Below, in pieces: positions 36,432 through 46,305 of a DNA stretch of 64,000 bases (the first letter of the stretch is position 1; every line of letters starts with the position of its first letter). The stretch is from a virus (Duplodnaviria; Heunggongvirae; Uroviricota; Caudoviricetes). Where the stretch lies: the IMG/VR virus record IMGVR_UViG_3300044715_000866; one strand, given 5' to 3'. The position numbers and the translations under genes were made by a program. A model generated the notes under the pieces. The model did not search any database. It saw only the letters and a list, made by a program, of their open reading frames with translations, and was not told the origin of the DNA.

Positions 36432-36689
36432 GTGAAACAATATAGAATAACATCCGAGCATATACTACAAGACAGCCCAGACGACTGTTTTCTTGCGCCC
36501 GACGATCCAATACAAGAATTGAAAATTGCACATCATTTAGGCGGACTGGGTGCAGATGCACGCCTACACGAGTATCGCGCACAACAAATACAACAACCGT
36601 TTAGTGATGAACGCGGAAAATATCAGCGTGAAAATAATATTAGACCCGGTACTCCTGCATGGTTTGAATTATGGGGTAACAAATTATGA
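36432..36689 (+). CDS. Hypothetical 85-aa protein with a GTG start.
   Basis: ORF filling the gap between coupled genes. No ATG is available near the 5' end. Confidence 0.4.
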   Translation: MKQYRITSEHILQDSPDDCFLAPDDPIQELKIAHHLGGLGADARLHEYRAQQIQQPFSDERGKYQRENNIRPGTPAWFELWGNKL

Positions 36690-36982
36690 GAATTAGAGAA
36701 ATTATTTCAGAAATGGCATCAACAGGTGCAACAAGTGCGTCAAGTGTTGGAACTAACATTGCAAATTATGACCTAGGTAATAATAAAGGTAATAAAAAAT
36801 ATACAGGGTCACCAGGTAAAAGTGGTACACATGTAAACCAAGTTAAAACAGTATCAATAAAAAATAAAAACGGTACTGTAAAGAACGCACTAGATATAAA
36901 AGGAAAAAAAGGTAATTTATTTGGCACAGTTGTAGGTGAAGGCGGAGACTTATTTACCGGCGGAACTATCAAAAGAGGCTAA
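36686..36982 (+). CDS. Gly/Lys/Asn-rich small protein (98 aa).
   Basis: ATGA overlap. Low-complexity GNNKGNKKYTGSPGKSGT...KGKKGNLFGTVVGEGGDLFTGG. Confidence 0.5.
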   Translation: MRIREIISEMASTGATSASSVGTNIANYDLGNNKGNKKYTGSPGKSGTHVNQVKTVSIKNKNGTVKNALDIKGKKGNLFGTVVGEGGDLFTGGTIKRG

Positions 36983-37004
36983 ATATACAATAACGGAGTT
37001 TACC

Positions 37005-38831
37005 ATGACACAAAGAAAAAAACTTTCAGAATTTGCAGAACTCGAGCTAGAGTTACCAAAGATTGATTTACCATCACCAGAATTAGATATTTCATCAGGC
37101 GAATTACAACATGACACTCATGATATGAACGCAGACGACGAAGGTGCAATGGTTAAAGCTGATTTATATAAATTAGCAAAATATAGCGTTAAATTATTTA
37201 AGAAAATTGAAGACGAAGATCAGTTCGAATCTTGGGTTCAAGCTAAAATTACCAAAGCTGCAGATTATATTTCTTCAGTTTACCATTATTTAGAATACGA
37301 AATGAAGTTCAGCGAATACGGCGATAAGATAGAGAATAGTGATATGTACTCAGAAAGTCAAAAAAGACAAATGAAAAATGCGTTAATGGAAGCAAAGAAA
37401 ACTCTTGCTGCCCTTAAAATTGATCAAGCTGATAAACTTGACAAAACTAAAACAGTTAAAGAAGGTGTGTCTCACACATGCGGTGAATGCGGCGGAACTG
37501 GTATGGTTGAAAAAGCACTTCCAGAAAAAACTAAAACCTTAGTAAACAAACACAGAATTTTACGTAACTTTGTTCAATCAAAAATTGATTCAGATGGCGA
37601 TAGTATCCCAGATGATGAAGAATTGCCAGGTCACAAATTTACACCAGATGTAGCTCCAGGCAAATCAAAATCTAAAAAATCTTCACCATTTGAAAAAAAA
37701 AATGATGACGAAAAAGACGATGTAACATCTAAAAAACCTGCTAAAAAATCATCACCGTTTGATAAAAAAGATGATTCTAAAAAAGATGATTCTAAAAAAG
37801 ATGATAGCAACGGTAGTAACCCGTTTGCTAAAAAATCAGCTCCTAAAAAAGACAGCGGTGATGATTCTAAATCAAAAAAATCAGCTCCTAAAAAAGAAAA
37901 AGATGATTCTAAAACAGAAGGCATTTTTGGTGGATCAGTTTACGGCGAATCTGTAACTCCTGTTAAAAAACCAAGTAGTGTAGCTGACAAAAAAAGCAAC
38001 AATCCTTTTGCTAAAAAAGATGATAAAAAAGACGGTGGTAAAGAATTTGGCAAAGCATTAGAAAAAGCCAGAGCAGATATTAACGAATCTTCTAAAAAAG
38101 CTAAAAAAGATTATGACAAAGATGGCAAAATTGAAACCGGTGAAGAAGAACACAAAGGTGCAGTTGATAATGCTATTAAAGCATCTAAAGAAAAAGATTG
38201 TAAGAACGAGTCTGCAGAATTTAATGCAATTATGAGAAACAGTGGCTTAAATGAATTCAAAGACGATATGGGTTACGATATTTCACCTGAAGAATATGCA
38301 GCTCAAGAAAAGCAAAACGCAAAATGGGCACCTTCATCGCAAGAGCCGATGCCAAAAGGCGGAAAAGCATTAACACCTGCACAACTAAAAGCTGCTGCAA
38401 TAACTCATCCATTTGTATTTGGTCCTGAAGCTGACAAACGCATGAATGCAATGTTACAAAAGCTTGATGATCAAGCTAACAAACGGGATGACGAAGATCA
38501 TGCTAGATGGTCAAAACAACTTGATCAATCTGCCGATCGGTGGCAACAACAGCTAGACACTAAATATGCAGCAGACCAAGCAGCAGAACAAGATGCAGCT
38601 GCAAAAAGAGCATACTACTCAACACACCCTGATGAATTAGCTAATACCATTTCAGCTCAACAACAAGGTCAAGATATGATGAACAATCCGCAAATTGCAG
38701 TTGATCGTGCGCAAGCTGCTCGTACACAGGCAGATCACCAACGTTATTTAGATCAACAAAATCAAGGATGGTTCCAAGAATCAACTGAATTAGATCGTTT
38801 AAAAATGATTACAGAAAGAGTTATTAAGTAA
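37005..38831 (+). CDS. Highly charged, largely disordered protein with (K)KSSPF(E/D)KK / NPFAKK short repeats and a CGECGG zinc-ribbon-like element. It may be an internal or ejected virion protein.
   Basis: RBS acggag 8 nt before the ATG at 37005; the track's 36936 start is a GTG overlapping the previous gene. The Lys/Asp/Glu-rich repeat region lies about 37670-38030. The C-terminal third is Gln/Ala-rich. Confidence 0.65.
   Translation: MTQRKKLSEFAELELELPKIDLPSPELDISSGELQHDTHDMNADDEGAMVKADLYKLAKYSVKLFKKIEDEDQFESWVQAKITKAADYISSVYHYLEYEMKFSEYGDKIENSDMYSESQKRQMKNALMEAKKTLAALKIDQADKLDKTKTVKEGVSHTCGECGGTGMVEKALPEKTKTLVNKHRILRNFVQSKIDSDGDSIPDDEELPGHKFTPDVAPGKSKSKKSSPFEKKNDDEKDDVTSKKPAKKSSPFDKKDDSKKDDSKKDDSNGSNPFAKKSAPKKDSGDDSKSKKSAPKKEKDDSKTEGIFGGSVYGESVTPVKKPSSVADKKSNNPFAKKDDKKDGGKEFGKALEKARADINESSKKAKKDYDKDGKIETGEEEHKGAVDNAIKASKEKDCKNESAEFNAIMRNSGLNEFKDDMGYDISPEEYAAQEKQNAKWAPSSQEPMPKGGKALTPAQLKAAAITHPFVFGPEADKRMNAMLQKLDDQANKRDDEDHARWSKQLDQSADRWQQQLDTKYAADQAAEQDAAAKRAYYSTHPDELANTISAQQQGQDMMNNPQIAVDRAQAARTQADHQRYLDQQNQGWFQESTELDRLKMITERVIK
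37670..38030 (+). repeat. Low-complexity A/G-rich coding region with degenerate 15-45-nt repeats (gatgattctaaaaaa; KKSSPFxKK / NPFAKK).
   Basis: Direct reading. It generates spurious ORFs on both strands. Confidence 0.7.
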
Positions 38832-39430
38832 TGGATATGAAACAAATTCTACAGGCGATGGATTCAGTTAAAACATCTGCTCCTATAGAAAATGCAGACG
38901 ACATGAAGAAATTCATGTCGATTGTTACAGAAGGGTCAAATCCGCATAAAGTTGCATTGCCTGTACAAATGGCAATGCAGCATTATGCTGTACCTACTGA
39001 AGAAACACCTGTTGAACAAAAACCAGTTAGAACATCGTTACTTAAACAATATATGGCAGAAGCATCTGCAGAAAAAGAAGCAGTACAATACAATAAAGCG
39101 TTAGACCTTAAAATGTATGCTCAAAAAATTGCATATAAAGTAATGGGCGAAAATGCAATCCCTGGACACTCTCCTGGTTTTACAGGCGGAGTTGGTCCCG
39201 GAATGGAAGTGCAACCGTACGAATCTGCAGAAAATCCACAAGATGTTGTTACAATGGACATCCCACTACTTATTCGGTTGCTTGAATATTCTAGAGAAGA
39301 TGCAAAAACAGATATGGATTTACACAATGTCACTGAAATGCTAATTAAGTTAAGTACAACAGGAAACGTACTATCTATGGCCCATTACGATCGTATTGTA
39401 AATAATCAGAGGACTAATAATGAACTTTAG
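38831..39430 (+). CDS. Hypothetical protein (199 aa).
   Basis: Coupled ORF with no motif recognised. Confidence 0.55.
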   Translation: MDMKQILQAMDSVKTSAPIENADDMKKFMSIVTEGSNPHKVALPVQMAMQHYAVPTEETPVEQKPVRTSLLKQYMAEASAEKEAVQYNKALDLKMYAQKIAYKVMGENAIPGHSPGFTGGVGPGMEVQPYESAENPQDVVTMDIPLLIRLLEYSREDAKTDMDLHNVTEMLIKLSTTGNVLSMAHYDRIVNNQRTNNEL

Positions 39431-40892
39431 AGATTTAATGACTACGCTAGAGCAGATTGATAAACCGATCTTATCAGAAGCGTTAACCCTTTCGGCAATT
39501 ATTGCGTTAACATCAGGTTACGAACAAGACGATAAAGTTCGTATTCCTAAGTTAGCAGATCTTGCTAAACAAAACAACCTTGAAGGATTAGTTGATCCGG
39601 TTACTGGAAAATACGTATCTAACGAAGGCGACGAGGATGACGAAGTACCATTTGAGATTGCTGAAAAATTATCAGCAGCAGGGTTACTTCCAACAAATGC
39701 AAAACTTCCACAAGCTGGTTGGTTTGATAACAATCGGGTATTTGATACAGCTAACAAAAATTTGTTAAGTCAAAGTTCAAGCGTTGCAGACCGCCATGAA
39801 CTTATAATGGCAAAGTTACAATTACTTCGAGACCTTGCTAAACAAATAGTAGCGTTTCGTGATAAACGTGCTACTACAAAAATGCAAGATATGATTGGCG
39901 AAAAACCAATATTACCGTCAAATGCACCATCACCTGAATTAGCAAGACTAACTCCTACTTTTCCATCTCAAACAATGGCAGGTATAAATGAGTCAGCTGG
40001 ACTAGCAGATGCACTCATGGAGTCTTTTGAATACTTATATGAAGATTTAAAAGATCAAGAATGGTCATTTCGTCGTCCAGAAGTAGCCCAATCGTCACTA
40101 CCTGCAGATGAATTCTACCGGTCTCGCCGTAATCCAGAATTAAGAAATTCTGCTAATACTGCAATAAGTGATTTACGTCAACCTACTACTAAATCGTTGC
40201 CAGGTGGCGAATATAATGCATCAAATATAGATAAACCAACGTCATCATCAAGTGTTTCAGATACTGCTGCTCCTAAAACAGCACCTAAATCAGGGGTAAT
40301 GGATGTAAATAAATTTGGTAACCAAGCTGATAGAGACTTTGGAAAACTTAAAGGTATTCCACTTGCTAAAGAATTAGGTAGTAGGTTTGTTAAAAAAGAA
40401 GCAAATAGGATTGTACCAATCTTAGGAACTGCATGGGGGCTAGCCGACGGCGCAAGACGATTCTCACAAGGTGATTATACTGGGGTAGGACTTGATGCAG
40501 CATCGGCTATTGCGTCAAATATCCCCCATCCTGCTGCACAAATTGGTGCAGCAGGATTAGATGCATATAACATCTATCGAGATTACGACGCTGCTAAAAC
40601 AGCAGATGAAGAAGATGCAGCTGCTAAAGAAGCACCGGCAGTAGAACCTAATAAAGAAGCACCGGCAGTAGAACCTAATAAAGAAGCACCGGCAGTAGAA
40701 CCAACTAAAGAAACTCCACCAGTTAAATCTACACGCAATGATCCTGTTACTAGTACTAAAAACTTTCAAACATACTTAAAATCGTTAGGTGCTAATTTAG
40801 GAAAAACTGGTCCAAATCGAGACGGAATTGACGGAGTAGTTGGACCACTAACTAAAGCTGCAATTGCAAAATACATTTTAAATGGAAGATGA
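39420..40892 (+). CDS. Protein with a C-terminal peptidoglycan-binding domain (PG_binding_1-like) and a 3x10-aa tandem repeat (KEAPAVEPNK).
   Basis: FQTYLKSLGANLGKTGPNRDGIDGVVGPLTKAAIAKYIL fits the PGBD consensus (G..DG.fG..T..A). The 30-bp tandem repeat lies at 40626-40715. Confidence 0.65.
   Translation: MNFRDLMTTLEQIDKPILSEALTLSAIIALTSGYEQDDKVRIPKLADLAKQNNLEGLVDPVTGKYVSNEGDEDDEVPFEIAEKLSAAGLLPTNAKLPQAGWFDNNRVFDTANKNLLSQSSSVADRHELIMAKLQLLRDLAKQIVAFRDKRATTKMQDMIGEKPILPSNAPSPELARLTPTFPSQTMAGINESAGLADALMESFEYLYEDLKDQEWSFRRPEVAQSSLPADEFYRSRRNPELRNSANTAISDLRQPTTKSLPGGEYNASNIDKPTSSSSVSDTAAPKTAPKSGVMDVNKFGNQADRDFGKLKGIPLAKELGSRFVKKEANRIVPILGTAWGLADGARRFSQGDYTGVGLDAASAIASNIPHPAAQIGAAGLDAYNIYRDYDAAKTADEEDAAAKEAPAVEPNKEAPAVEPNKEAPAVEPTKETPPVKSTRNDPVTSTKNFQTYLKSLGANLGKTGPNRDGIDGVVGPLTKAAIAKYILNGR
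40626..40715 (+). repeat. 3 x 30-bp in-frame tandem repeat encoding KEAPAVEPNK.
   Basis: Direct reading. Confidence 0.85.
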
Positions 40893-41796
40893 TATCATGA
40901 AATCAAAAACAGTAGCGGAATCAATTGCAGAATTAAGAGATCGATTAACATCAATCGACTGTACTCCTGCTAATACAACCTTAAATGAAAGTGCCCAATC
41001 GTTAAATAGTTTGCAAGAACACATGCAACAAGTTGAACAAGACTATCTATTTGAAAAAGGTTCACCCGGCCACAAAGGATCAATTGGCAACTGGATATAT
41101 AATGCTAAACGAGGATTGTATGGGGAGAAAACCGCTAAACCCGGACTTGAGAAAATTCCCGGAACTGACAATTATGGCGCTACTGGCCCGTTAACAAAAG
41201 GCGACAAAGGTGCTTGGGAAGTTGGTAAAGGTATTCGTCGAAGCGTTGGTGGCGGCATTGTAGGAGCCGGGTTAGGCGGTGCTGCAAGCCTAGATCATAA
41301 ACTCACTACTGGCAACTGGCTACCTGGCGGTAACACAAATGATACAACAGATGGTAAAATAAATGGCCAACTAGATGGCGGAGATCCAAAACCGCGCACT
41401 AATCCTAACTATGATGAAAAAACTGCACACTTACAACAATGGTTACTTGATCAAGGTGCTGACTTAGGCACTACTGGTCCTAACGGTGACGGCGTAGACG
41501 GTGTTATGGGAGAGAAAACTAGACAAGCTGCAAAAGATCATCATGTTGCTGGGTACGAAGACTCAACTCCACCAGTAACTCAAAACGCGCCACCAGTAAC
41601 TCAAAACGCGCCACCTGTTACTCAAAACGCGCCACCTGTTACTCAAAACGCGCCACCTGCAGGTAACAGTAATGCCGAGTTTCAATCTATTGTAGATAAA
41701 TTTGAAAAAACTTTTAGAGAACTTGAAGGTTTGACAAAAGGCGACCCAGAAGCACAACGTGAATTAGAACAAATTAGACGTAGTGCAGGATATTAA
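40882..41796 (+). CDS. Gly-rich protein with a peptidoglycan-binding domain and a 4x7-aa tandem repeat (PPVTQNA).
   Basis: LQQWLLDQGADLGTTGPNGDGVDGVMGEKTRQAAK is the PGBD. The 21-bp tandem repeat lies at 41569-41660. An alternative start is at 40897. Confidence 0.65.
   Translation: MEDDIMKSKTVAESIAELRDRLTSIDCTPANTTLNESAQSLNSLQEHMQQVEQDYLFEKGSPGHKGSIGNWIYNAKRGLYGEKTAKPGLEKIPGTDNYGATGPLTKGDKGAWEVGKGIRRSVGGGIVGAGLGGAASLDHKLTTGNWLPGGNTNDTTDGKINGQLDGGDPKPRTNPNYDEKTAHLQQWLLDQGADLGTTGPNGDGVDGVMGEKTRQAAKDHHVAGYEDSTPPVTQNAPPVTQNAPPVTQNAPPVTQNAPPAGNSNAEFQSIVDKFEKTFRELEGLTKGDPEAQRELEQIRRSAGY
41569..41660 (+). repeat. 4.5 x 21-bp in-frame tandem repeat (ccaccWgtWactcaaaacgcg) encoding PPVTQNA.
   Basis: Direct reading. 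Confidence 0.85.
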
Positions 41797-41810
41797 CAAT
41801 ACGCTATTCT

Positions 41811-41838
41811 AAAAAAGGCAGCGTGTCTGCCTTTTTTT
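41811..41838 (+). terminator. Rho-independent terminator.
   Basis: The sequence is aaaaa aggcag cgtgt ctgcct ttttttt. Confidence 0.7.
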
Positions 41839-41859
41839 ACCTTCATTTTACCAAGTCAG

Positions 41860-41888
41860 TTGACACACTGAACAAACGAATATATAAT
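41860..41888 (+). promoter_or_regulatory. Consensus sigma70-type promoter (TTGACA-N17-TATAAT).
   Basis: The sequence is ttgaca cactgaacaaacgaata tataat. It lies immediately downstream of the terminator at 41811-41838. Confidence 0.65.
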
Positions 41889-41919
41889 ATATACATATTA
41901 ACACAAAGGAGAAGCACTA

Positions 41920-42174
41920 ATGAGTAGAGCATATGGTCCAGAAGAAAAAGCTAAACTTGAAAAATTAATTACTGAAGGTTCTTTAGTTTTAAGAGAAGTT
42001 GAAGACTTACAAGCCGGTTTAAAAGATACTGTAAAAGCAGTAGCAGAAGAATTGCAAGTTAAACCTGCAGTTATAAATAAGGCTATCAAGATAGCACATA
42101 AAGGTAATTGGCAAGATCATAATGAAGATTGGGAAGAAGTTGAAGCAATCTTAGACATTACAAAACGCATTTAA
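41920..42174 (+). CDS. Hypothetical small acidic protein (84 aa).
   Basis: RBS aaggag. Preceded by a terminator and a consensus promoter. Confidence 0.55.
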   Translation: MSRAYGPEEKAKLEKLITEGSLVLREVEDLQAGLKDTVKAVAEELQVKPAVINKAIKIAHKGNWQDHNEDWEEVEAILDITKRI

Positions 42175-42217
42175 TAAGTAGTTTATTGAGAACGGCAGGC
42201 AGGCCATAAGCTGCAAA

Positions 42218-42433
42218 ATGGTATTTGTGAGCCACAAGTCACATAAACTGAGATACAATATGGAAGAATTTAAAATCTGTACGGAATGTATTCGTCCGGA
42301 GATATGTTTATCAAGATGTGAATGTAGTATCATTGTTAATAGCGAAGAAGCTGTTGCAAGATTACGTGACGAAGAATCATTCATGTCATGGATTAACGAA
42401 CACGCAACTAATCGCGATAGAGGTGAAGCATGA
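42218..42433 (+). CDS. Small Cys-rich protein. An internal ATG at 42260 is an alternative start.
   Basis: CTECIRPEICLSRCECS. ATGA-coupled to the polymerase gene. Confidence 0.45.
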   Translation: MVFVSHKSHKLRYNMEEFKICTECIRPEICLSRCECSIIVNSEEAVARLRDEESFMSWINEHATNRDRGEA

Positions 42434-45093
42434 GTTATGTAGATGCTTACTTTGATCGTGATAACGATGTTATTAAAATTGTAGAAAGAAATTCAAAAGG
42501 TGAACGGGAATACAAAGATATTGCCGTTAAACACACATTATATTATACAGACCCGAAAGGGAAATATCAATCAATTTACGGAGACCCCGTATCAAAAGTA
42601 ATTTGTAACAATACAAAAGAGTTCCGCAAAGAACTTTCAATACACGGTAATAAAAAGCTGTTTGAAGCAGATATTAATCCAATTTTTAAATGCTTATCAG
42701 ATAACTATCTTAATCACGACGCGCCTAAATTAAATATTGCGTTTTATGATATTGAGGTTGATTTCGATCCAGAACGCGGGTATGCATCACCCGATGATGC
42801 GTTTATGCCTATTACTGCTATTGCAGTGTATTTACAATGGTTAGATACTCTTATTTGTTTAGCAATACCTCCAAAGACATTAACTATGGATCAAGCTAAA
42901 GAACAAATTAGAGATATTCCAAATACTATTCTTTTTAACACAGAAGCAGAGATGTTAGATACATTTTTAACACTGCTTGAAGATGCTGATATTATTAGCG
43001 GCTGGAATAGTGAAGGATTTGATATACCATACACTGTAAATCGTGTTACAAAAGTTCTATCAAAAGATGATACACGCAGATTTTGCTTGTTTAATCAATT
43101 ACCAAAAAGACGTGAATATGAAAAGTACGGCAAAGCTGCAGTAACATACGACTTTGTAGGACGTGTGCATTTAGATAGTTTACAATTATATCAAAAGTAC
43201 ACATATGAAGAAAGACATAGTTTTAGACTTGATGCTATTGCTGAATATGAGTTAGGTGATCGTAAAACACAGTACGAAGGTACGCTTGATCAGTTATACA
43301 ACAATGACTTTAGAACGTTTATTGAGTACAACCGTCAAGATACTATGCTATTACACAGACTTGATACAAAATTAAAGTTTATTGACCTAGCTAATACACT
43401 TGCACACGAGAACACTGTATTACTACAAACTACTATGGGTGCGGTTGCTGTAACAGAACAAGCAATTATTAACGAATCACATCACAGAGGGTTTGTTGTA
43501 CCTAACAGAAAAGGTAAAGCAGAACCAATTCAAGCTGCAGGCGCGTATGTTGCGTATCCTAAAGAAGGAATTCATGACTGGATTGGCTCGCTAGATATTA
43601 ACTCTCTGTATCCAAGTGCCATTAGAGCATTAAATATGGGTCCGGAGACTATTGTAGGACAACTAAGACCAATCGTAACTGACGAATACATAGGCTTACA
43701 ACTAGCTAAAGGTAAATCGTTTGCTTCTGCATGGGAAGGTTTGTTCGGTACACTTGAATATACGTCTGTTATGAATGAAGAAATAGGTACTGATATTACA
43801 ATTGACTGGGAAAATGGCGATACTGATATATTAAGTGCTGCTGAAGTATACAGATTGATATTTGAAAGTAATCAGCCATGGGTTATGTCAGCTAATGGAA
43901 CTATCTTTTCATATGAAACAGAAGGTATTATTCCTGGATTACTAAAGCGATGGTATGCAGAACGTAAGGATATGCAGAAAAAGCTAAAAGAAGCTATTAA
44001 TGCAGGTAATAAGATTGAAGAAGAATACTGGGATAAACGTCAGCTGGTTAAGAAGATTAACCTAAATAGTTTATATGGTGCTATTCTTAATCCTGGATGT
44101 AGGTTCTTTGATAAACGTATTGGGCAATCAACTACGTTAACTGGTAGACAAATTGCTAAACACATGGCAGCTAAAGTAAATGAGATTATAACCGGCGAAT
44201 ACAATCACACAGGTAAGTCTATTATTTACGGTGACACTGACTCTTGTTACTTTTCAGCGTATCCTACACTTAAACGTGAAATAGATAATGGTAGTTTACC
44301 ATGGTCTAAGGAAACTGTTGTTCAATTATATGATCAAATTAGTGATCAAGTTAATGGTACATTTCAACAGTTCATGCTTGATGCATTTCATTGCCCTAAA
44401 TCGCGTGGTGAAGTAATTAAAGCTGGTCGTGAGATTGTTGGTAGTAAGAGCTTATTCATTACTAAAAAACGTTATGCAGTACTAGTATACGATAAGGAAG
44501 GTAAACGTAAGGATACACTTGGTAAAAACGGTGAAATTAAAGCTATGGGCTTAGACTTAAAGCGTAGTGATACACCTGAATTTATTCAAGACTTCTTATC
44601 ACAAGTATTAGAAATGGTATTAGGTGGTGATACTGAACAGCATGTACTAGATTACATCAGTAAGTTTAGGATATCGTTTAAAGCTAGACCAGGTTGGGAA
44701 AAAGGTTCGCCTAAACGCGCTAATAGCATTACGTCTTATTTAGAAAAAGAAGCTAAACAAGGCAAAGTTAATATGCCCGGACATGTTAGAGCAAGTTTAA
44801 ACTGGAATACACTAAAACGTATGTATGATGACAAGTATTCAATGTCTATTACAGACGGTGCAAAGGTAATTGTATGTAAACTTAAACAAAACCCATTAGG
44901 GTTTACAAGTGTTGCGTACCCAGTAGATGAATTACGCTTACCACAATGGTTTAAAAACCTACCATTTGATCATAATGGAATGGAAGATACTATTATTGAT
45001 AACAAACTTGATAACTTGATTGGCATTTTGAACTGGAAGTTAGCTGATACGTCAGATAGAAACACATTTAACAGTTTATTTGAATTTGAATAA
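42430..45093 (+). CDS. 43: Family-B DNA polymerase (T4 gp43-like) with a 3'-5' exonuclease domain.
   Basis: Exo I is FYDIEVD. Motif A is LDINSLYPSAI, motif B is KINLNSLYGAIL and motif C is YGDTDSCYFS. Length is 887 aa. Confidence 0.95.
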   Translation: MSYVDAYFDRDNDVIKIVERNSKGEREYKDIAVKHTLYYTDPKGKYQSIYGDPVSKVICNNTKEFRKELSIHGNKKLFEADINPIFKCLSDNYLNHDAPKLNIAFYDIEVDFDPERGYASPDDAFMPITAIAVYLQWLDTLICLAIPPKTLTMDQAKEQIRDIPNTILFNTEAEMLDTFLTLLEDADIISGWNSEGFDIPYTVNRVTKVLSKDDTRRFCLFNQLPKRREYEKYGKAAVTYDFVGRVHLDSLQLYQKYTYEERHSFRLDAIAEYELGDRKTQYEGTLDQLYNNDFRTFIEYNRQDTMLLHRLDTKLKFIDLANTLAHENTVLLQTTMGAVAVTEQAIINESHHRGFVVPNRKGKAEPIQAAGAYVAYPKEGIHDWIGSLDINSLYPSAIRALNMGPETIVGQLRPIVTDEYIGLQLAKGKSFASAWEGLFGTLEYTSVMNEEIGTDITIDWENGDTDILSAAEVYRLIFESNQPWVMSANGTIFSYETEGIIPGLLKRWYAERKDMQKKLKEAINAGNKIEEEYWDKRQLVKKINLNSLYGAILNPGCRFFDKRIGQSTTLTGRQIAKHMAAKVNEIITGEYNHTGKSIIYGDTDSCYFSAYPTLKREIDNGSLPWSKETVVQLYDQISDQVNGTFQQFMLDAFHCPKSRGEVIKAGREIVGSKSLFITKKRYAVLVYDKEGKRKDTLGKNGEIKAMGLDLKRSDTPEFIQDFLSQVLEMVLGGDTEQHVLDYISKFRISFKARPGWEKGSPKRANSITSYLEKEAKQGKVNMPGHVRASLNWNTLKRMYDDKYSMSITDGAKVIVCKLKQNPLGFTSVAYPVDELRLPQWFKNLPFDHNGMEDTIIDNKLDNLIGILNWKLADTSDRNTFNSLFEFE

Positions 45094-45101
45094 ACTACTT
45101 A

Positions 45102-45130
45102 TTGACAAATTGATACAAATATAATATAAT
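45102..45130 (+). promoter_or_regulatory. Consensus sigma70-type promoter (TTGACA-N17-TATAAT) downstream of the polymerase gene.
   Basis: The sequence is ttgaca aattgatacaaatataa tataat, followed by RBS aggag and the ATG at 45152. Confidence 0.65.
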
Positions 45131-45151
45131 ATATAAAACTAGGAGATATAC

Positions 45152-45889
45152 ATGAAAGACTTTTTACAAGATTTAGTAGCACATACACATACATTAACCG
45201 TTTTACCATTAGTTAAAGTAACTGCAACTGCAGAAAATGCAGTGATTGAATCAGTAGCAGAAGATAGATCAGTAATGCTGTACGCAACTACACATACGCC
45301 AGTTAATGGTCTCGAACCATGCATCTTTGGTATGCCAAATTTAAACAAATTAGACTTACATCTTAAATGTCCAGAATATAAAACTGATGCAACTATTAAA
45401 GTTGTACAAGAAACTAGAGATGGTGTAAAAATCCCAACAGGGTTACACTTTACTAATGCAACTGGTGATTATGAAAATGATTATAGATTTATGAATGAAG
45501 AAATCGTTAGTGCAAAAGTAAAAAGACCAAAACTTAAAGTAGAAATAGTGTATGATTTAGATTTTATTCCAACAGGTGTAAGTATTCAAAGATTAAAACA
45601 TCAAGCTGCTGCACATACTGAAGAAACTGTATTTCAACTAGTAACAGTTGATAACGACTTAGTATTTAGATTCGGTGATGCTAGTACACACGCAGGCTCA
45701 TTTGTATTCCATCATAACATTAATACTACATTAAAAAATACATGGTCATGGCCAATTACTCCAATTTTAAGTATTTTAAACTTAAATGGTAACTTAACTA
45801 TGAAAGTTTCAGATCAAGGTTCGTTACAAATTATAGTTGACAGTGGTATTGCAGTTTATAACTACACTATTCCAGCATATACAAAATAA
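45152..45889 (+). CDS. Hypothetical 245-aa protein. Its size and position immediately downstream of the polymerase, with its own consensus promoter, are compatible with a sliding-clamp-like accessory protein, but no motif supports this.
   Basis: RBS aggag. Consensus promoter at 45102-45130. Confidence 0.5.
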   Translation: MKDFLQDLVAHTHTLTVLPLVKVTATAENAVIESVAEDRSVMLYATTHTPVNGLEPCIFGMPNLNKLDLHLKCPEYKTDATIKVVQETRDGVKIPTGLHFTNATGDYENDYRFMNEEIVSAKVKRPKLKVEIVYDLDFIPTGVSIQRLKHQAAAHTEETVFQLVTVDNDLVFRFGDASTHAGSFVFHHNINTTLKNTWSWPITPILSILNLNGNLTMKVSDQGSLQIIVDSGIAVYNYTIPAYTK

Positions 45890-46305
45890 TGATAGACATT
45901 AGAAAAGCATTAAAATTATTAGATATCATATATGTAAACGACAACGAGAGCATTAAATCGTCAGTTGATAAACTAACAATGTTAGCGCAATTAGATATGC
46001 CATCTTATGCTATGCCAGGACCGTTTGAACAGTTTTATGTTGATTACGAATACATGAAACAACGTGTGCAAGGACTTGAATCGAGATTAACCACACTTGA
46101 AGATTATAATCGAAACCCATATACAAATTACACTGTTAATTCGCATATAGTTGGCCATGTTACTACAAGTCCGCAGTTTGTAAGTGCATTTAACAGAATT
46201 ACACAATTAGAAACTGAATTACAAGTTACTAAAACGTTACTTAGTAAGTTATTAACCCCAGAACAGGAAGAAGATGAATCGGAACTTAACAGCAACACAG
46301 AATGA
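45889..46305 (+). CDS. Hypothetical coiled-coil protein (138 aa).
   Basis: TAATG-coupled ORF. Confidence 0.5.
   Translation: MIDIRKALKLLDIIYVNDNESIKSSVDKLTMLAQLDMPSYAMPGPFEQFYVDYEYMKQRVQGLESRLTTLEDYNRNPYTNYTVNSHIVGHVTTSPQFVSAFNRITQLETELQVTKTLLSKLLTPEQEEDESELNSNTE

Noticed and set aside
37631-37956. ORFs 37631-37924(-) and 37759-37956(+) with poly-Lys and poly-Ser/Leu translations.
   Set aside because: They are out-of-frame or antisense readings of the low-complexity A/G-rich repeat region of the charged protein gene (37005-38831).
26158-41660. Possibility that the tandem repeats are CRISPR arrays or satellite-like noncoding repeats.
   Set aside because: The repeats are short (21-33 bp), directly abutting with no spacers, in-frame within long ORFs, and with no cas genes nearby, so they are coding peptide repeats.
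40557-41757. Minus-strand ORFs 40557-40769 and 41563-41757 with repetitive translations (FYCRCFFIR..., WRVLSNR...).
   Set aside because: They are antisense to the in-frame tandem repeats of the two PG-binding-domain genes.
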